This document shows positions 40,261 to 49,677 of a stretch of 64,000 nt of DNA, piece after piece. The stretch covers positions 1 to 64,000 of the forward strand of contig JANNVQ010000002.1 in the NCBI GenBank assembly GCA_031414535.1, written 5' to 3'. The notes below the pieces were generated by a model. The model searched no databases and had not been told where the DNA came from. It saw only the letters and a list, made by a program, of their open reading frames with translations. The DNA is from Gemmatimonas sp. GTDB lineage: Bacteria; Gemmatimonadota; Gemmatimonadetes; Gemmatimonadales; Gemmatimonadaceae. The position numbers and the translations under genes were made by a program. The stretch's first letter is position 1; the number at the start of each line of letters is the position of its first letter.

Positions 40261-41514
40261 ATGCCTCGTAAACTTTCCCGCCGCGAGATGATTGCGGGCA
40301 CGGCGACGGCCCTTGGTGCCGCTGCCGTGGGTGGCCCCATCGCATCGGCGACTCCGGCGATTGAACCGCCGCGGCCGCAAGACGCGATCGTTCCAATTGA
40401 TGCGACCAAGCTGCAGGGCTTACCCACGAGCCCGCTCGGTGCGCGTTCGCCTTTCGTCAAGCCCGTGCGCGGACCGCAGACGGGCATGACGGTGGGTTCT
40501 TCGCTGACTCCGCTCCAGGATCTCACGGGGCCCATCACGCCGAGTGACTTACACTTCGAGCGGCATCACGCGGGCATTCCGGTGATTGATCCGGCTCGGC
40601 ATCGCTTGATGATTCACGGCTTGGTGGGGCGTGAGGTGACGCTCACGCTCGATGACATCAAGCGATTCCCGCAGGTCACGCGCACCTACTTCATTGAATG
40701 CTCAGGTAACGGACGGAGCGCGTTTCGCGATCCCAAGCCGGACATGACGGCACAAAAGATTGCGGGTATGGTCTCCACGTCCGAGTGGACCGGTGTGCCA
40801 CTCGCCACCTTGTTCCGCGAGTTCGGTGCGAAGCCGGAAGCCAGCTGGTTTCTCGCCGAAGGCGGTGATGCGTGTTTGATGGCGCGCTCGGTACCGATGA
40901 CGAAGGCTTGGGATGATGCGCTCATCGTTTGGGCGCAAAACGGCGAGCCGTTGCGTCCTGCGCAGGGCTATCCGCTGCGCCTCGTGCTACCCGGTTGGGA
41001 AGGCAACATCAACGTGAAGTGGCTGCGTCGCCTTGAGCTCGGCACCCGTCCTTGGCGTACGCGTTGGGAGACGGCCAAGTACACGGACCCCGTACCAGGC
41101 AACAAAGCGCGCGAGTTCACCTTCGAGAACGACGTGAAGTCCATCATCACCGGTCCGTCACATCCGGCCAAGCTCGACGCGCGCGGTTGGCACCCGGTGC
41201 ACGGTCTCGCGTGGAGTGGGCGTGGGAGTGTCACGCGCGTCGAAGTGAGCAGCGATAACGGACGCTCGTGGCACGACGCGGAGTTGATGGGACCGGCCTT
41301 GCCGAAGGCGGCCGTACGCTTCCAGCACATGCTTGAATGGAAGGGTGATGAGCATGTGCTCCTGTCGCGCGCCACTGATGAGGCGGGATTCGTGCAGCCA
41401 ACACGCGCGGCGCTCCTCAGCGCCCGCGGATCGGGCACCGATTACCACTTCAATCAGATTGTCGGCTGGAAGCTCGCGCGCGATGGCAGTGTCACCTTCC
41501 ACGGAGAGACCTGA
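40261..41514 (+). CDS. soxC: SoxC-type molybdopterin sulfite/sulfane dehydrogenase
   Basis: Tat SRRE, TPLQDL.G.ITPS.LHFERHH.G, IECSGN, GYPLRL..PGWEG...VKWL and GLAWSG.G motifs. Confidence 0.88.
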   Translation: MPRKLSRREMIAGTATALGAAAVGGPIASATPAIEPPRPQDAIVPIDATKLQGLPTSPLGARSPFVKPVRGPQTGMTVGSSLTPLQDLTGPITPSDLHFERHHAGIPVIDPARHRLMIHGLVGREVTLTLDDIKRFPQVTRTYFIECSGNGRSAFRDPKPDMTAQKIAGMVSTSEWTGVPLATLFREFGAKPEASWFLAEGGDACLMARSVPMTKAWDDALIVWAQNGEPLRPAQGYPLRLVLPGWEGNINVKWLRRLELGTRPWRTRWETAKYTDPVPGNKAREFTFENDVKSIITGPSHPAKLDARGWHPVHGLAWSGRGSVTRVEVSSDNGRSWHDAELMGPALPKAAVRFQHMLEWKGDEHVLLSRATDEAGFVQPTRAALLSARGSGTDYHFNQIVGWKLARDGSVTFHGET

Positions 41515-42125
41515 TGCGCAGACTCTTTGTGATTGGGGTGGTACTCGCTGGCGGCGCGTGTGGGGTGAAGGACGCACCGCCGTCGGCTGCTGCCGAGCCC
41601 TCGGCGTACGCCAAGCCCGCGGAGTTCAAGAGCGGGCACTTTGCGATTGGCAGCGCCGCGACTCCGGTGCAGGTCGCGGCTTGGAACACGGACATTGGAC
41701 CTGAGGGTGCGGAACTCCCAACGGGACGCGGCTCCGTACGCGATGGCGAAGTACTCTACCGCGCCCAGTGCGCGGCTTGTCACGGTGCCGATGGACAGGG
41801 ACTCGACCCGCTGTACCCGGCGCTCATTGGGCGACCGAGTGCGGGCGAGTCGTTTGACTTCGCCGCCGATCCCAAAGTGCCTCGCACGATTGGCAATTAC
41901 TGGGCTCACGCTACGACGCTGTACGACTACATCCGCCGCGCGATGCCGTTCTACACGCCAGGTACGCTCAGCGCCGACGAGACGTACGCCGTCACCGCCT
42001 ATCTCTTGGCGGCCAACAAGATCATTCCTGACACTGCCTCACTTGACGCCGCAGCACTACGCGCCGTGGTCATGCCTGCGCGCGAGCGCTTCGTGGCAGA
42101 CGACCGTTCACCCTCACGCCCCTAA
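41514..42125 (+). CDS. soxD: SoxD-like monoheme cytochrome c
   Basis: Lipobox GGAC, LP.G.GSV..GE..Y, CAACH, TIGNYW..ATTLYDYIRRAMP; TGATG coupling to soxC. Confidence 0.8.
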   Translation: MRRLFVIGVVLAGGACGVKDAPPSAAAEPSAYAKPAEFKSGHFAIGSAATPVQVAAWNTDIGPEGAELPTGRGSVRDGEVLYRAQCAACHGADGQGLDPLYPALIGRPSAGESFDFAADPKVPRTIGNYWAHATTLYDYIRRAMPFYTPGTLSADETYAVTAYLLAANKIIPDTASLDAAALRAVVMPARERFVADDRSPSRP

Positions 42126-42128
42126 CAT

Positions 42129-42653
42129 ATGAGCACCGCAACGCTTCCCAAGACGGGAATGCCCAACTGGGCATCACTCGGCATTATCTTCGGCCTCGTC
42201 GGCACGGCGAGCATCGTACTCTTTGGCCCCATCGGTGTTTCGGGTACATATCCGCGTCTCATCGGGGAGGCGGCACGAGTGCTCGATCCGGCGTACGCGG
42301 CATCGAATCCCTACCTCGTGCGCATGGGTGGCCTGCTGCGCCCGGAAACCTTCCTTGTCATTGGCCTAGTGATCGGCGGATTCCTCGGGGCGACTCGCGA
42401 TACCGTGCGCGCGGCCAAGATTGAACTGCCGCACGTCGGTGCGAGCTCCAATGCACGCCGCTACACCGAAGCCTTCCTCGCGGGATTCCTCATCCTGTTT
42501 GGCGCGCGCCTCGCGGGTGGTTGCACCAGCGGTCTCATTATCTCTGGGATGCAGCAGTTGAGCATTGCCGGCTTCGTCTTCGCCGGCGGCGTGTTCGCCA
42601 CCGGCATTGGCACCGCCAAGTTCATGCAGGCCATTCGCGTGGGAGGGAAGTAA
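42129..42653 (+). CDS. YeeE/YedE sulfur transporter, half-size subunit
   Basis: PIGVS and FGARLAGGCTSG motifs; hydrophobic. Confidence 0.85.
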   Translation: MSTATLPKTGMPNWASLGIIFGLVGTASIVLFGPIGVSGTYPRLIGEAARVLDPAYAASNPYLVRMGGLLRPETFLVIGLVIGGFLGATRDTVRAAKIELPHVGASSNARRYTEAFLAGFLILFGARLAGGCTSGLIISGMQQLSIAGFVFAGGVFATGIGTAKFMQAIRVGGK

Positions 42654-42655
42654 TC

Positions 42656-43192
42656 ATGGCCAATTTCTATGGACTACTCGTCGGCATCGCGATGGGCTTC
42701 TTAATTCAGCGCGTGCGTGCGTCGAGCCCGGTGGTCATCCTGCAGAATCTTCGCCTCGAGAACCTCGGCATCATCAAGTTCATGGCGACCACGATCGCGG
42801 TAGGCATGATCGCGGTGTACACCTTGAACGTGTTCGTGCCGCAGGCCCTGCATTTCGACATCAAGCCAACGTATCTCGTGGGCGTTCTACTCGGTGGCTT
42901 GATTTTCGGTGTCGGCTTTGGATTGGGTGGCTATTGCCCCGGTACCTGCATGGTTGGCATTGGTGAGGGCCGCAAGGACGCCTGGTTCGCGATGGGCGGC
43001 GGCGTGGTGGGCGCGTTGGTCTTCACGCTCGTCTACACCGCGGCCATCAAGCCGATTGTCGAACTGATGGATTACGGCAAGATCACTGTGCAGGATCTCG
43101 TACATCTTCCAGCCATCGTGCCTGCGCTGGTGATTGGCACGATGTTCCTCGTGGTGGTGAAGGTGCTGCCCACACAGGTGAAGCGCGCGTGA
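42656..43192 (+). CDS. YeeE/YedE sulfur transporter, half-size subunit
   Basis: GGLIFGVGFGLGGYCPGT...GEG..DA motif. Confidence 0.85.
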   Translation: MANFYGLLVGIAMGFLIQRVRASSPVVILQNLRLENLGIIKFMATTIAVGMIAVYTLNVFVPQALHFDIKPTYLVGVLLGGLIFGVGFGLGGYCPGTCMVGIGEGRKDAWFAMGGGVVGALVFTLVYTAAIKPIVELMDYGKITVQDLVHLPAIVPALVIGTMFLVVVKVLPTQVKRA

Positions 43193-43548
43193 GCGCCCGT
43201 CGTGCGATTGCCGTCCGTCGCGCCACGCCGGCGCTCCTTGAGCGTGTGGCGGCGCGGTTTCGCGCCCTCGCTGAACCGGCGCGCCTTGCCATCCTCCACG
43301 CGCTGGAGGATGGCGAGCGCACGGTGACGGAGCTGGTCGAGGCGACGGGGCTGGCGCAAGGCAACTTGAGCAAGCATCTCCAGCAACTCTACGCCGCGGG
43401 CTTCGTGACGCGCCGGCGCGAGGGTCTGTTCGTGCTGTATGCGCTGGCCGATGAAGGCGTGCTCAAACTCTGTGTGTTGATGTGCGACCGACTCGACGAG
43501 AACGTGGAGACGGAGCGCGGCGTGCTGGCGTCGGCACGTAGACGATAG
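43189..43548 (+). CDS. ArsR/SmtB family transcriptional regulator
   Basis: FRALAEPARL.IL, V.ELVE..G..Q.N.SKHL, RREG..V.Y and C-terminal CxxxC. Confidence 0.9.
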   Translation: MSARRAIAVRRATPALLERVAARFRALAEPARLAILHALEDGERTVTELVEATGLAQGNLSKHLQQLYAAGFVTRRREGLFVLYALADEGVLKLCVLMCDRLDENVETERGVLASARRR

Positions 43549-43594
43549 AACCCTGCGGCGCCGTGCAGCTGCGGGGAGTGCGTCAGTCGCCCCG

Positions 43595-44155
43595 TTAGCG
43601 GGGGGGAATCTGCCCCTGAATGCTTCCTGCTGGCACCGGGGTAGTGATACCGCGTTCGCAACGAAACGCGAGTTCGCGAGCGAGTGCGTACAGCTTCGGG
43701 CCGTCGAGAGAGTCGAGCGGACTCGTCGCGGGAGCTGACGCGCCAATCAGCGCGGCGGGAGCACTCACGGCCCGTTGGCCGTCCTGCGTGGCGCCCCCGT
43801 TCAGAAAGCGCACCCGCACATTCTCCTGCCAACGGCCTTCTTCCTTCGGGCGAGCGCCGAGTATGGTGACTTCCCGCGGGTGGTAGCCGGACTCGATCTC
43901 CATGACGAGTGAGCGCCCTGAGTTCACAAGCGTCACGGCCCAAATCACCGGATTGAAATCGCCCGTGCGTGTGGCGAAACGCCCTTGGGGCTGGTTCTGA
44001 ATCTGGAGCGACTCCTGCGCACGGCGGCGGGTGCAGGCGATGGGTTCGTCCTCGGCGGGCTCGAGCAAGGCCGGCGAAATGTCTACCATACGCCGTGCGC
44101 CGCTCTGTGCCCCGACGGACGCGGGGAGCGCCATCGAGAGCACAATTGCGAGCAT
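43595..44155 (-). CDS. Secreted hypothetical protein
   Basis: Signal peptide (VGA|Q), two Cys, GC-consistent coding; fills the gap between flanking genes. Confidence 0.55.
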   Translation of the reverse strand: MLAIVLSMALPASVGAQSGARRMVDISPALLEPAEDEPIACTRRRAQESLQIQNQPQGRFATRTGDFNPVIWAVTLVNSGRSLVMEIESGYHPREVTILGARPKEEGRWQENVRVRFLNGGATQDGQRAVSAPAALIGASAPATSPLDSLDGPKLYALARELAFRCERGITTPVPAGSIQGQIPPR

Positions 44156-44262
44156 CATTCGAGTGTAACGAAGACTCAGATTGCCGCCGCGCGAAGGTCT
44201 ACGTGAGCATACCCCGTTGTGGTGCCGATTGCCATGCGGCCCGCGCGTTGTGATTTTCCTCT

Positions 44263-45210
44263 ATGGATCCAATTACACACACCATGACCGGCGCGGTGCT
44301 GTCCCGCGTGGGTGGCGATCGTAAGACGCCACTGGCGACGGCCACCCTGATTTTCGCGGCCAATGCGCCAGACATCGACATCTATACTGTTTGGACCGAG
44401 ACGAGTTTCGGCAGCATCGCGTTCCGACGTGGCTGGACGCACGGACCGTACTTCCTGGCCGCGTTGCCGCTGCTCATCACGCTGCTGGTGTTGGCTTGGG
44501 ACCGCTTCGTGCGACGCCGGAGACATCCGAGTCTGCCTCCCGTGCACGCTGGATGGACTTTTGCACTCGCGCTCATCGGCACGCTGAGTCATCCTGCACT
44601 CGACTGGCTGAATACCTACGGCGTGCGCTTCTTGATGCCGTTCTCTGAGCGGTGGTTCGCGGGCGATTCGGTGTTCATCATTGATCCAATCTGGTGGCTG
44701 CTGTTGGCCACGACGCTGGTGCTGGCCAAGAAGGGCCGCTCGCTCGGTACGGTACGTGGGGCGGCGGCCGTTGCCGCCGCGTATCCGCTCTTGCTCATCG
44801 CTTTGTCACGCGCCGGCGATGCGATGGCAGTCGCGGAAGCGGAACGCGTCGGACTTAGCGGTGTTCGCGAGGTGATGTACCAACCCCGACCAGCCAATCC
44901 GTTTGCGGCAGAGCTGATTGCGGTGACGGGTGAGGCGTATCACATGGGCTCGCTCGCGTGGTTGCGCAGCGAGCGGGTGCGCTTTGGCGACACAAGCATT
45001 GCCCGCGGCGATTGGTCGGACGCGCGAGTCCGCCGCGCCATGCAGGACCCCGACGCGCGCGACTTCCTCGTGTGGGCGCGCTACGCCTGGGTCAGAATAG
45101 ACACGACCGCCACGGGCGCACCCGTGGCGGTCGTGTTTGGCGATGCGCGTTTCCCGGAGGGAGGGCTCGCCGGGGGACTTGGGGGTCTCCGAGTCCCGAT
45201 TACTCCATGA
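44263..45210 (+). CDS. Membrane-bound metal-dependent hydrolase (YdjM-like)
   Basis: MDPITH...GA, PDID, RRGWTH, SHPALD..NTYG...L.PF and IIDP motifs. Confidence 0.88.
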   Translation: MDPITHTMTGAVLSRVGGDRKTPLATATLIFAANAPDIDIYTVWTETSFGSIAFRRGWTHGPYFLAALPLLITLLVLAWDRFVRRRRHPSLPPVHAGWTFALALIGTLSHPALDWLNTYGVRFLMPFSERWFAGDSVFIIDPIWWLLLATTLVLAKKGRSLGTVRGAAAVAAAYPLLLIALSRAGDAMAVAEAERVGLSGVREVMYQPRPANPFAAELIAVTGEAYHMGSLAWLRSERVRFGDTSIARGDWSDARVRRAMQDPDARDFLVWARYAWVRIDTTATGAPVAVVFGDARFPEGGLAGGLGGLRVPITP

Positions 45211-45688
45211 CGATGTTGCCGTCGGCCTGACGCATCAGGGTCTTGCTGACGGTGCGGCCGTCCTTGAAGCGGGTTTCGATGGTGACGGCATCTTCACCGA
45301 TGCGATTCGTGATGGTCGTCGTGGAGAGGGTTACGCCCTCCTTCACTTCGTCAATCACCAGCGTCTTGCGCTCGGTCGTGGTCGTGCCGGTCTGGACCAG
45401 CGCGGTGCCGTCGGGGCGCAGGGTGCGGGCCGACGCTACGGGGTTCGTGCCAGTCCAGAACTCAACCGAATTCGCGAAGATCGCATCCGCAGCGCCGGCA
45501 AACCAATACACCGGAACGATGTTCAAGCCGAGGAAGACGAGTTCCTGGACGAACTTGTCCGGGGACACGGCCTTGTTCCACGCGTACACCTTGCGCGTCA
45601 GTTGGAACGACCCGAAGCATGCGGAGGAGCTGAGGAGCCCGAAGGTGGCAACCGACAGAATAGCGGCACGACGGAGAGACATACGCAT
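45200..45688 (-). CDS. DUF3332-like lipoprotein
   Basis: SACFGSFQLT..VY.WN, PVY....AD....NSVEFWTG.NP; GGAG RBS before ATG 45688. Confidence 0.8.
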   Translation of the reverse strand: MRMSLRRAAILSVATFGLLSSSACFGSFQLTRKVYAWNKAVSPDKFVQELVFLGLNIVPVYWFAGAADAIFANSVEFWTGTNPVASARTLRPDGTALVQTGTTTTERKTLVIDEVKEGVTLSTTTITNRIGEDAVTIETRFKDGRTVSKTLMRQADGNIVME

Positions 45689-45836
45689 GCGAGCGAACTC
45701 CATTATGAATGGTCTGTGGAAGGGGGTAATGTGAACCCGGCATAACCTAACCTCTGCCAGTCGACTCGCCAGCGGCCCGGGCCGCTACCTCCCCACTGGT
45801 GCGGGCGCCGCTCAATCCGTAACGTCCAACCACAGC

Positions 45837-48221
45837 GTGAGCACGCCTCGTCCTGGAATCCCCGCTGCGCTCTCCGAGCGCTACGAGCCGCGCCGAGAAA
45901 TTGGTGCAGGCGGCATGGCCGTCGTCTACGACGCCTGGGACGTACGACAGAAGCGCAGTGTCGCCGTCAAACTCATTCGCCCCGAACTCGTCAGTCAGGC
46001 CCTCTCGGAGCGCTTTGAGCGCGAAGTCGCCATCGCCGCCCAGTTGGTGCACCCGCACATCGTGCCAGTCTTCGACGCTGGCAAAGAGGGCGACACCCTC
46101 TACTTCGTGATGCCCCTGCTGACCGGTGGCACGCTGCGTGACCGTCTGGTGAAGTACGGCCCACTGCCCGCGTCTGAGGTGCGGCGACTCGCAGAACAGC
46201 TGGCCTCGGCGCTTCACTTTGCGCACCAGCGCGACTGCATCCATCGCGATGTGAAGCCGGAGAACATCCTGATGTCCGAGGGTGCTGCGATGTTGGCCGA
46301 CTTCGGTATCGCGCGCAGCGACGATATCGCAGCTGGGCTGTCCACCACCGGTGGATTCCTCGGATCGCCCACGTACGCGAGTCCGGAGCAACTGCTTGCC
46401 ACGGGGCCTGTGGGGACGTCCAGCGACCAGTACTCCTTGGCTTGTGTGCTGTTCGAGGCGCTGGCGGGACGCGCACCGTTTATTGGGCGGAGCGTCGGGG
46501 ACGTAGTGGTGGCGCACACCACGGAGGCCGCGCCGCTCCTGAGTACAATCCGTCAGGACGTCCCACCCGCGATGGTTTCTGCCATTGCGCGCGCGCTCTC
46601 CAAGCGACCTGAAGATCGTTTTGCCACCATGGCGGAGTTCGGCGAGGCCTTTTCGGCGAGTTCGGCGGATACCTTCGTCGCGCGTGGATCGGGATGGACT
46701 GGCCGTCGCGTTGCGGGGGTTGCCCTTGGTCTCGCTGCTGCAGCGGGGATCTATTTCAGTGGCCTCCTTACTCCGGGCAAGAGAGAAAGCGGACCGCGGA
46801 GTATCGCTGTGCTCCCATGCAAGAACGCCAGTGGCGATTCGCAGCAGGAGTTTTTCAGCGATGGCGTGACCGAGCACCTGATTGGGCAGCTCGCTACGCT
46901 GCCAGAGGTGCGGGTGATCAATATGATTACCGCGCTACAGTACAAGGGCACCACCAAGTCGGTGGAAGTGATTGGCCGTGAGCTCGAGGCGGACCTCTTA
47001 GTGTATTGCTCGGCCAATCGGCAGCCGGACGGCGTACTCATTGCGGCGCAGTTAGTGGACGTGAAGACAGGTGACGTGTTGTGGACGCGCGAGCACCTGG
47101 ATGAATCGCAAGTGAGTCTCAAGTCCTACATGAACGCGTCGCTGAGCATGGTTGAGGCCCTGCGTGTAACGCTGAGCGCAGAGGGGCGTCGTCGCATCAT
47201 GACCCCGGCCACGGAGAACGACAGTGCTCATTCACTCTGGATGCGCGGAAAGCGGGAGTGGAACCGCGGTACCTACGAGGGGCTCGTTCAGTCGCGTCGG
47301 TACTTTACGCTCGCCCTCGAGCTGGATTCCGCGTACGCGCCGGCCTGGGTGGGTCTCGCGGATGCGCATCTGTCGTTCGTCGGCCGCTGGATGCAACCAG
47401 GACCGCCCAACTACGCTGCCGCAGAGATGGCGGCCAGCAGAGCAATCACGAAAGACCCAGAGCTGGGTGAGGCATTGGCGGCCCGTGGTCGGGTGCGTCA
47501 CCGAGCCCAGTGGGACTTCAAGTCGGCACGCGAGGACTACAACGCCGCCCGCCTGGTGAGCGAGAGCTCGTGGCAGCCATGGCTCGATCATGCCAAGCTG
47601 TTGTCCGTGCAAGGGCGCCATGAAGAGGCCATTAAGTTCGCGCGCCGCGCGCAGCAACTCGATCCGATGAACGCGATTAACGTGCTCGGACTTGCGGAGA
47701 TTCTCTACTTCGCGCGGCGCTACGACGATGCGCTGAAGGAAACCGACCGAGCCATCGAACTCGAGCGCACGTTTGCGTTCAATCATCTCTGGCGTGCGAT
47801 GATTCTCATCGGCATGGCGAGGCCTGAAGACGCCGTGATATCCGCGCGTGAGGTGGTTCGCCTGACAGGGGGCCACCCGGGCGCGCTTGCCATTCTGGCG
47901 CGCGCCGAGGCGGAGTCGGGGCGGCCTGAGGTCGCACGCACCATCCTTGGCCAGATGGAGCAGGCTCCCGCTGACCTTTACGTGCCCGCTACGCTCGTGG
48001 CTGTCGTGTACATGGGCCTGAACGACACCGATCGCGCGGTGGCCGCCCTCACGCGCGCCGTCGAGACCCGCGATTGGTTCATTACCGAGCTGGCCGTGCA
48101 CCCACTCGCCGACAAGGTGCGCGATGATCCCCGCGTCCAAGCCCTCCTCGTGCGGATGGGCCTCGACGACGTGCCTCGACCCGCACGGACGCCCCGCGTG
48201 GCCACGCCGATAGAGAACTAG
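45837..48221 (+). CDS. Transmembrane Hanks-type Ser/Thr kinase with TolB-like and TPR domains
   Basis: GAGGMAVV, VAVK, HRDVKPEN, DFG and SPEQ; TM; SIAVLP..N.SGD....FFSDG; TPR repeats. Confidence 0.93.
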   Translation: MSTPRPGIPAALSERYEPRREIGAGGMAVVYDAWDVRQKRSVAVKLIRPELVSQALSERFEREVAIAAQLVHPHIVPVFDAGKEGDTLYFVMPLLTGGTLRDRLVKYGPLPASEVRRLAEQLASALHFAHQRDCIHRDVKPENILMSEGAAMLADFGIARSDDIAAGLSTTGGFLGSPTYASPEQLLATGPVGTSSDQYSLACVLFEALAGRAPFIGRSVGDVVVAHTTEAAPLLSTIRQDVPPAMVSAIARALSKRPEDRFATMAEFGEAFSASSADTFVARGSGWTGRRVAGVALGLAAAAGIYFSGLLTPGKRESGPRSIAVLPCKNASGDSQQEFFSDGVTEHLIGQLATLPEVRVINMITALQYKGTTKSVEVIGRELEADLLVYCSANRQPDGVLIAAQLVDVKTGDVLWTREHLDESQVSLKSYMNASLSMVEALRVTLSAEGRRRIMTPATENDSAHSLWMRGKREWNRGTYEGLVQSRRYFTLALELDSAYAPAWVGLADAHLSFVGRWMQPGPPNYAAAEMAASRAITKDPELGEALAARGRVRHRAQWDFKSAREDYNAARLVSESSWQPWLDHAKLLSVQGRHEEAIKFARRAQQLDPMNAINVLGLAEILYFARRYDDALKETDRAIELERTFAFNHLWRAMILIGMARPEDAVISAREVVRLTGGHPGALAILARAEAESGRPEVARTILGQMEQAPADLYVPATLVAVVYMGLNDTDRAVAALTRAVETRDWFITELAVHPLADKVRDDPRVQALLVRMGLDDVPRPARTPRVATPIEN

Positions 48222-48224
48222 GCG

Positions 48225-48959
48225 CTAGTTTCGCGGCGCGCGGCGCTCCAAGAGCGCGACGCTGCCCAACATGACTGCAGTGCACCATCCGCCAACATGT
48301 AGCGCCAACCGCGCCGCCACCGTCCACGCGCGCGCATCAACGGCATCGCGCAGTTCGGCCACCACGAAGAGTGGTGGCAGACCAAAGCGGAGAAGTGACT
48401 GGAGCAGTGCCGGTACGCTCCCGGACAGCACCGGTGCAAACAGCGTCAGAACAACAACGAGCATCGCGAGCTCAGGCGCGTTCGGCGAGCCGCTGGCGCC
48501 AAGCCCGAACATCAGCACGCTCAAGACCACCATACTGGCGCCGAGCATCGCGATGAGCATAACCGAACTGCCGAGCGAGGGCTCGAGTCCGTAGAGGGGT
48601 GCGGCGGCAAGGAGCAGGGCAGTGAAGATCGTGATCGTGGCGACCAGTGGGAGCAGGTTGGCCCGCCATTTGGCAAACGCCCAGTCTGCCGGCGAGAGGC
48701 CTTTGTGCTGCAGCCAGAACTCGAGCTCGTCAGATACGGCAGCATCGCGTGCAATCAGGAACGCCGCGACGAGGGTGCCGAACATGAGAATCGTTCGATG
48801 CGCGTCGCTCCAGGAGTCTCCGAGCCCGAGGCGATGGGTCGGCAGCACGAGCGCCAAGCCAAGCGCGGCCAGGATGGTGATTCCGCGTGTGCCGGGGGCG
48901 CCGTATCGCCAGCGCGCGAGGTGCCAAGCGAAGGGGATGCGTGCGCTTGGCTCAGGCAT
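48225..48959 (-). CDS. Putative ABC exporter permease
   Basis: About 6 hydrophobic segments; start overlaps the 3' end of the ABC ATPase gene. Confidence 0.7.
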   Translation of the reverse strand: MPEPSARIPFAWHLARWRYGAPGTRGITILAALGLALVLPTHRLGLGDSWSDAHRTILMFGTLVAAFLIARDAAVSDELEFWLQHKGLSPADWAFAKWRANLLPLVATITIFTALLLAAAPLYGLEPSLGSSVMLIAMLGASMVVLSVLMFGLGASGSPNAPELAMLVVVLTLFAPVLSGSVPALLQSLLRFGLPPLFVVAELRDAVDARAWTVAARLALHVGGWCTAVMLGSVALLERRAPRN

Positions 48960-49677
48960 GGATCACGCGCTCCGTGGAGAGAAAGCGCGCCTCGAGCGAC
49001 TGTCCGTCAGACGAGAGTTCAGCGGCCGAGTGGTCGCCCACAAGCCACCCCTCCTTCAGGAAGAGCACGCGTGAGGCGAGTCGCTGCAGCTCGTCGAGAT
49101 GATGAGACGACACGACGATGCAGCGGCCAGGGCGCTGTGCCGCGATGATGCCGTGACGGAGCTGTGTCATCGCGATGGGGTCGAGTCCGTTCGTCGGTTC
49201 ATCGAAGAGAATGAGATCGGGATCCCCGATCAGGGCGGCGACGACTTCCACACGCCGCGATTGCCCCAATGACAGAGTGTTGAGGCGTCGGTCCGCTAGT
49301 CGCTCGAGGTCGAATGCCGAGGCGAGATCGCGCTCGCACTCTGTCATAGCCGGATTCCCGCAGACCTGACGCAGGCCATCCAAGAACTGCGCCACGCTGA
49401 GGTAGGCCGGGAATCGTGGTTGCGCCGGAATGAACCCAAGCGGCACCGACTGGCGATAGCGCCGCGCCTCAACACCCCCGATGCTCACCGAGCCGGATGT
49501 GGGCACCTGCGCTCCGGCAACACATCGCAGGAGCGTGGTCTTTCCAGCCCCGTTCGCACCGACTAAGCCGACGATGCCGCCGCGGAGCGTGACACTGATG
49601 CCGTCGAGCGCGACGAGCTTGCCTCCACCGAAGGCGACGCGAAGATCCTGCAGGACAACAATGGATGATTCACTCAT
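48952..49677 (-). CDS. ABC transporter ATP-binding protein (exporter type)
   Basis: GANGAGKTT, LSLGQ, DEPTNGLD and SSH motifs. Confidence 0.95.
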   Translation of the reverse strand: MSESSIVVLQDLRVAFGGGKLVALDGISVTLRGGIVGLVGANGAGKTTLLRCVAGAQVPTSGSVSIGGVEARRYRQSVPLGFIPAQPRFPAYLSVAQFLDGLRQVCGNPAMTECERDLASAFDLERLADRRLNTLSLGQSRRVEVVAALIGDPDLILFDEPTNGLDPIAMTQLRHGIIAAQRPGRCIVVSSHHLDELQRLASRVLFLKEGWLVGDHSAAELSSDGQSLEARFLSTERVIHA

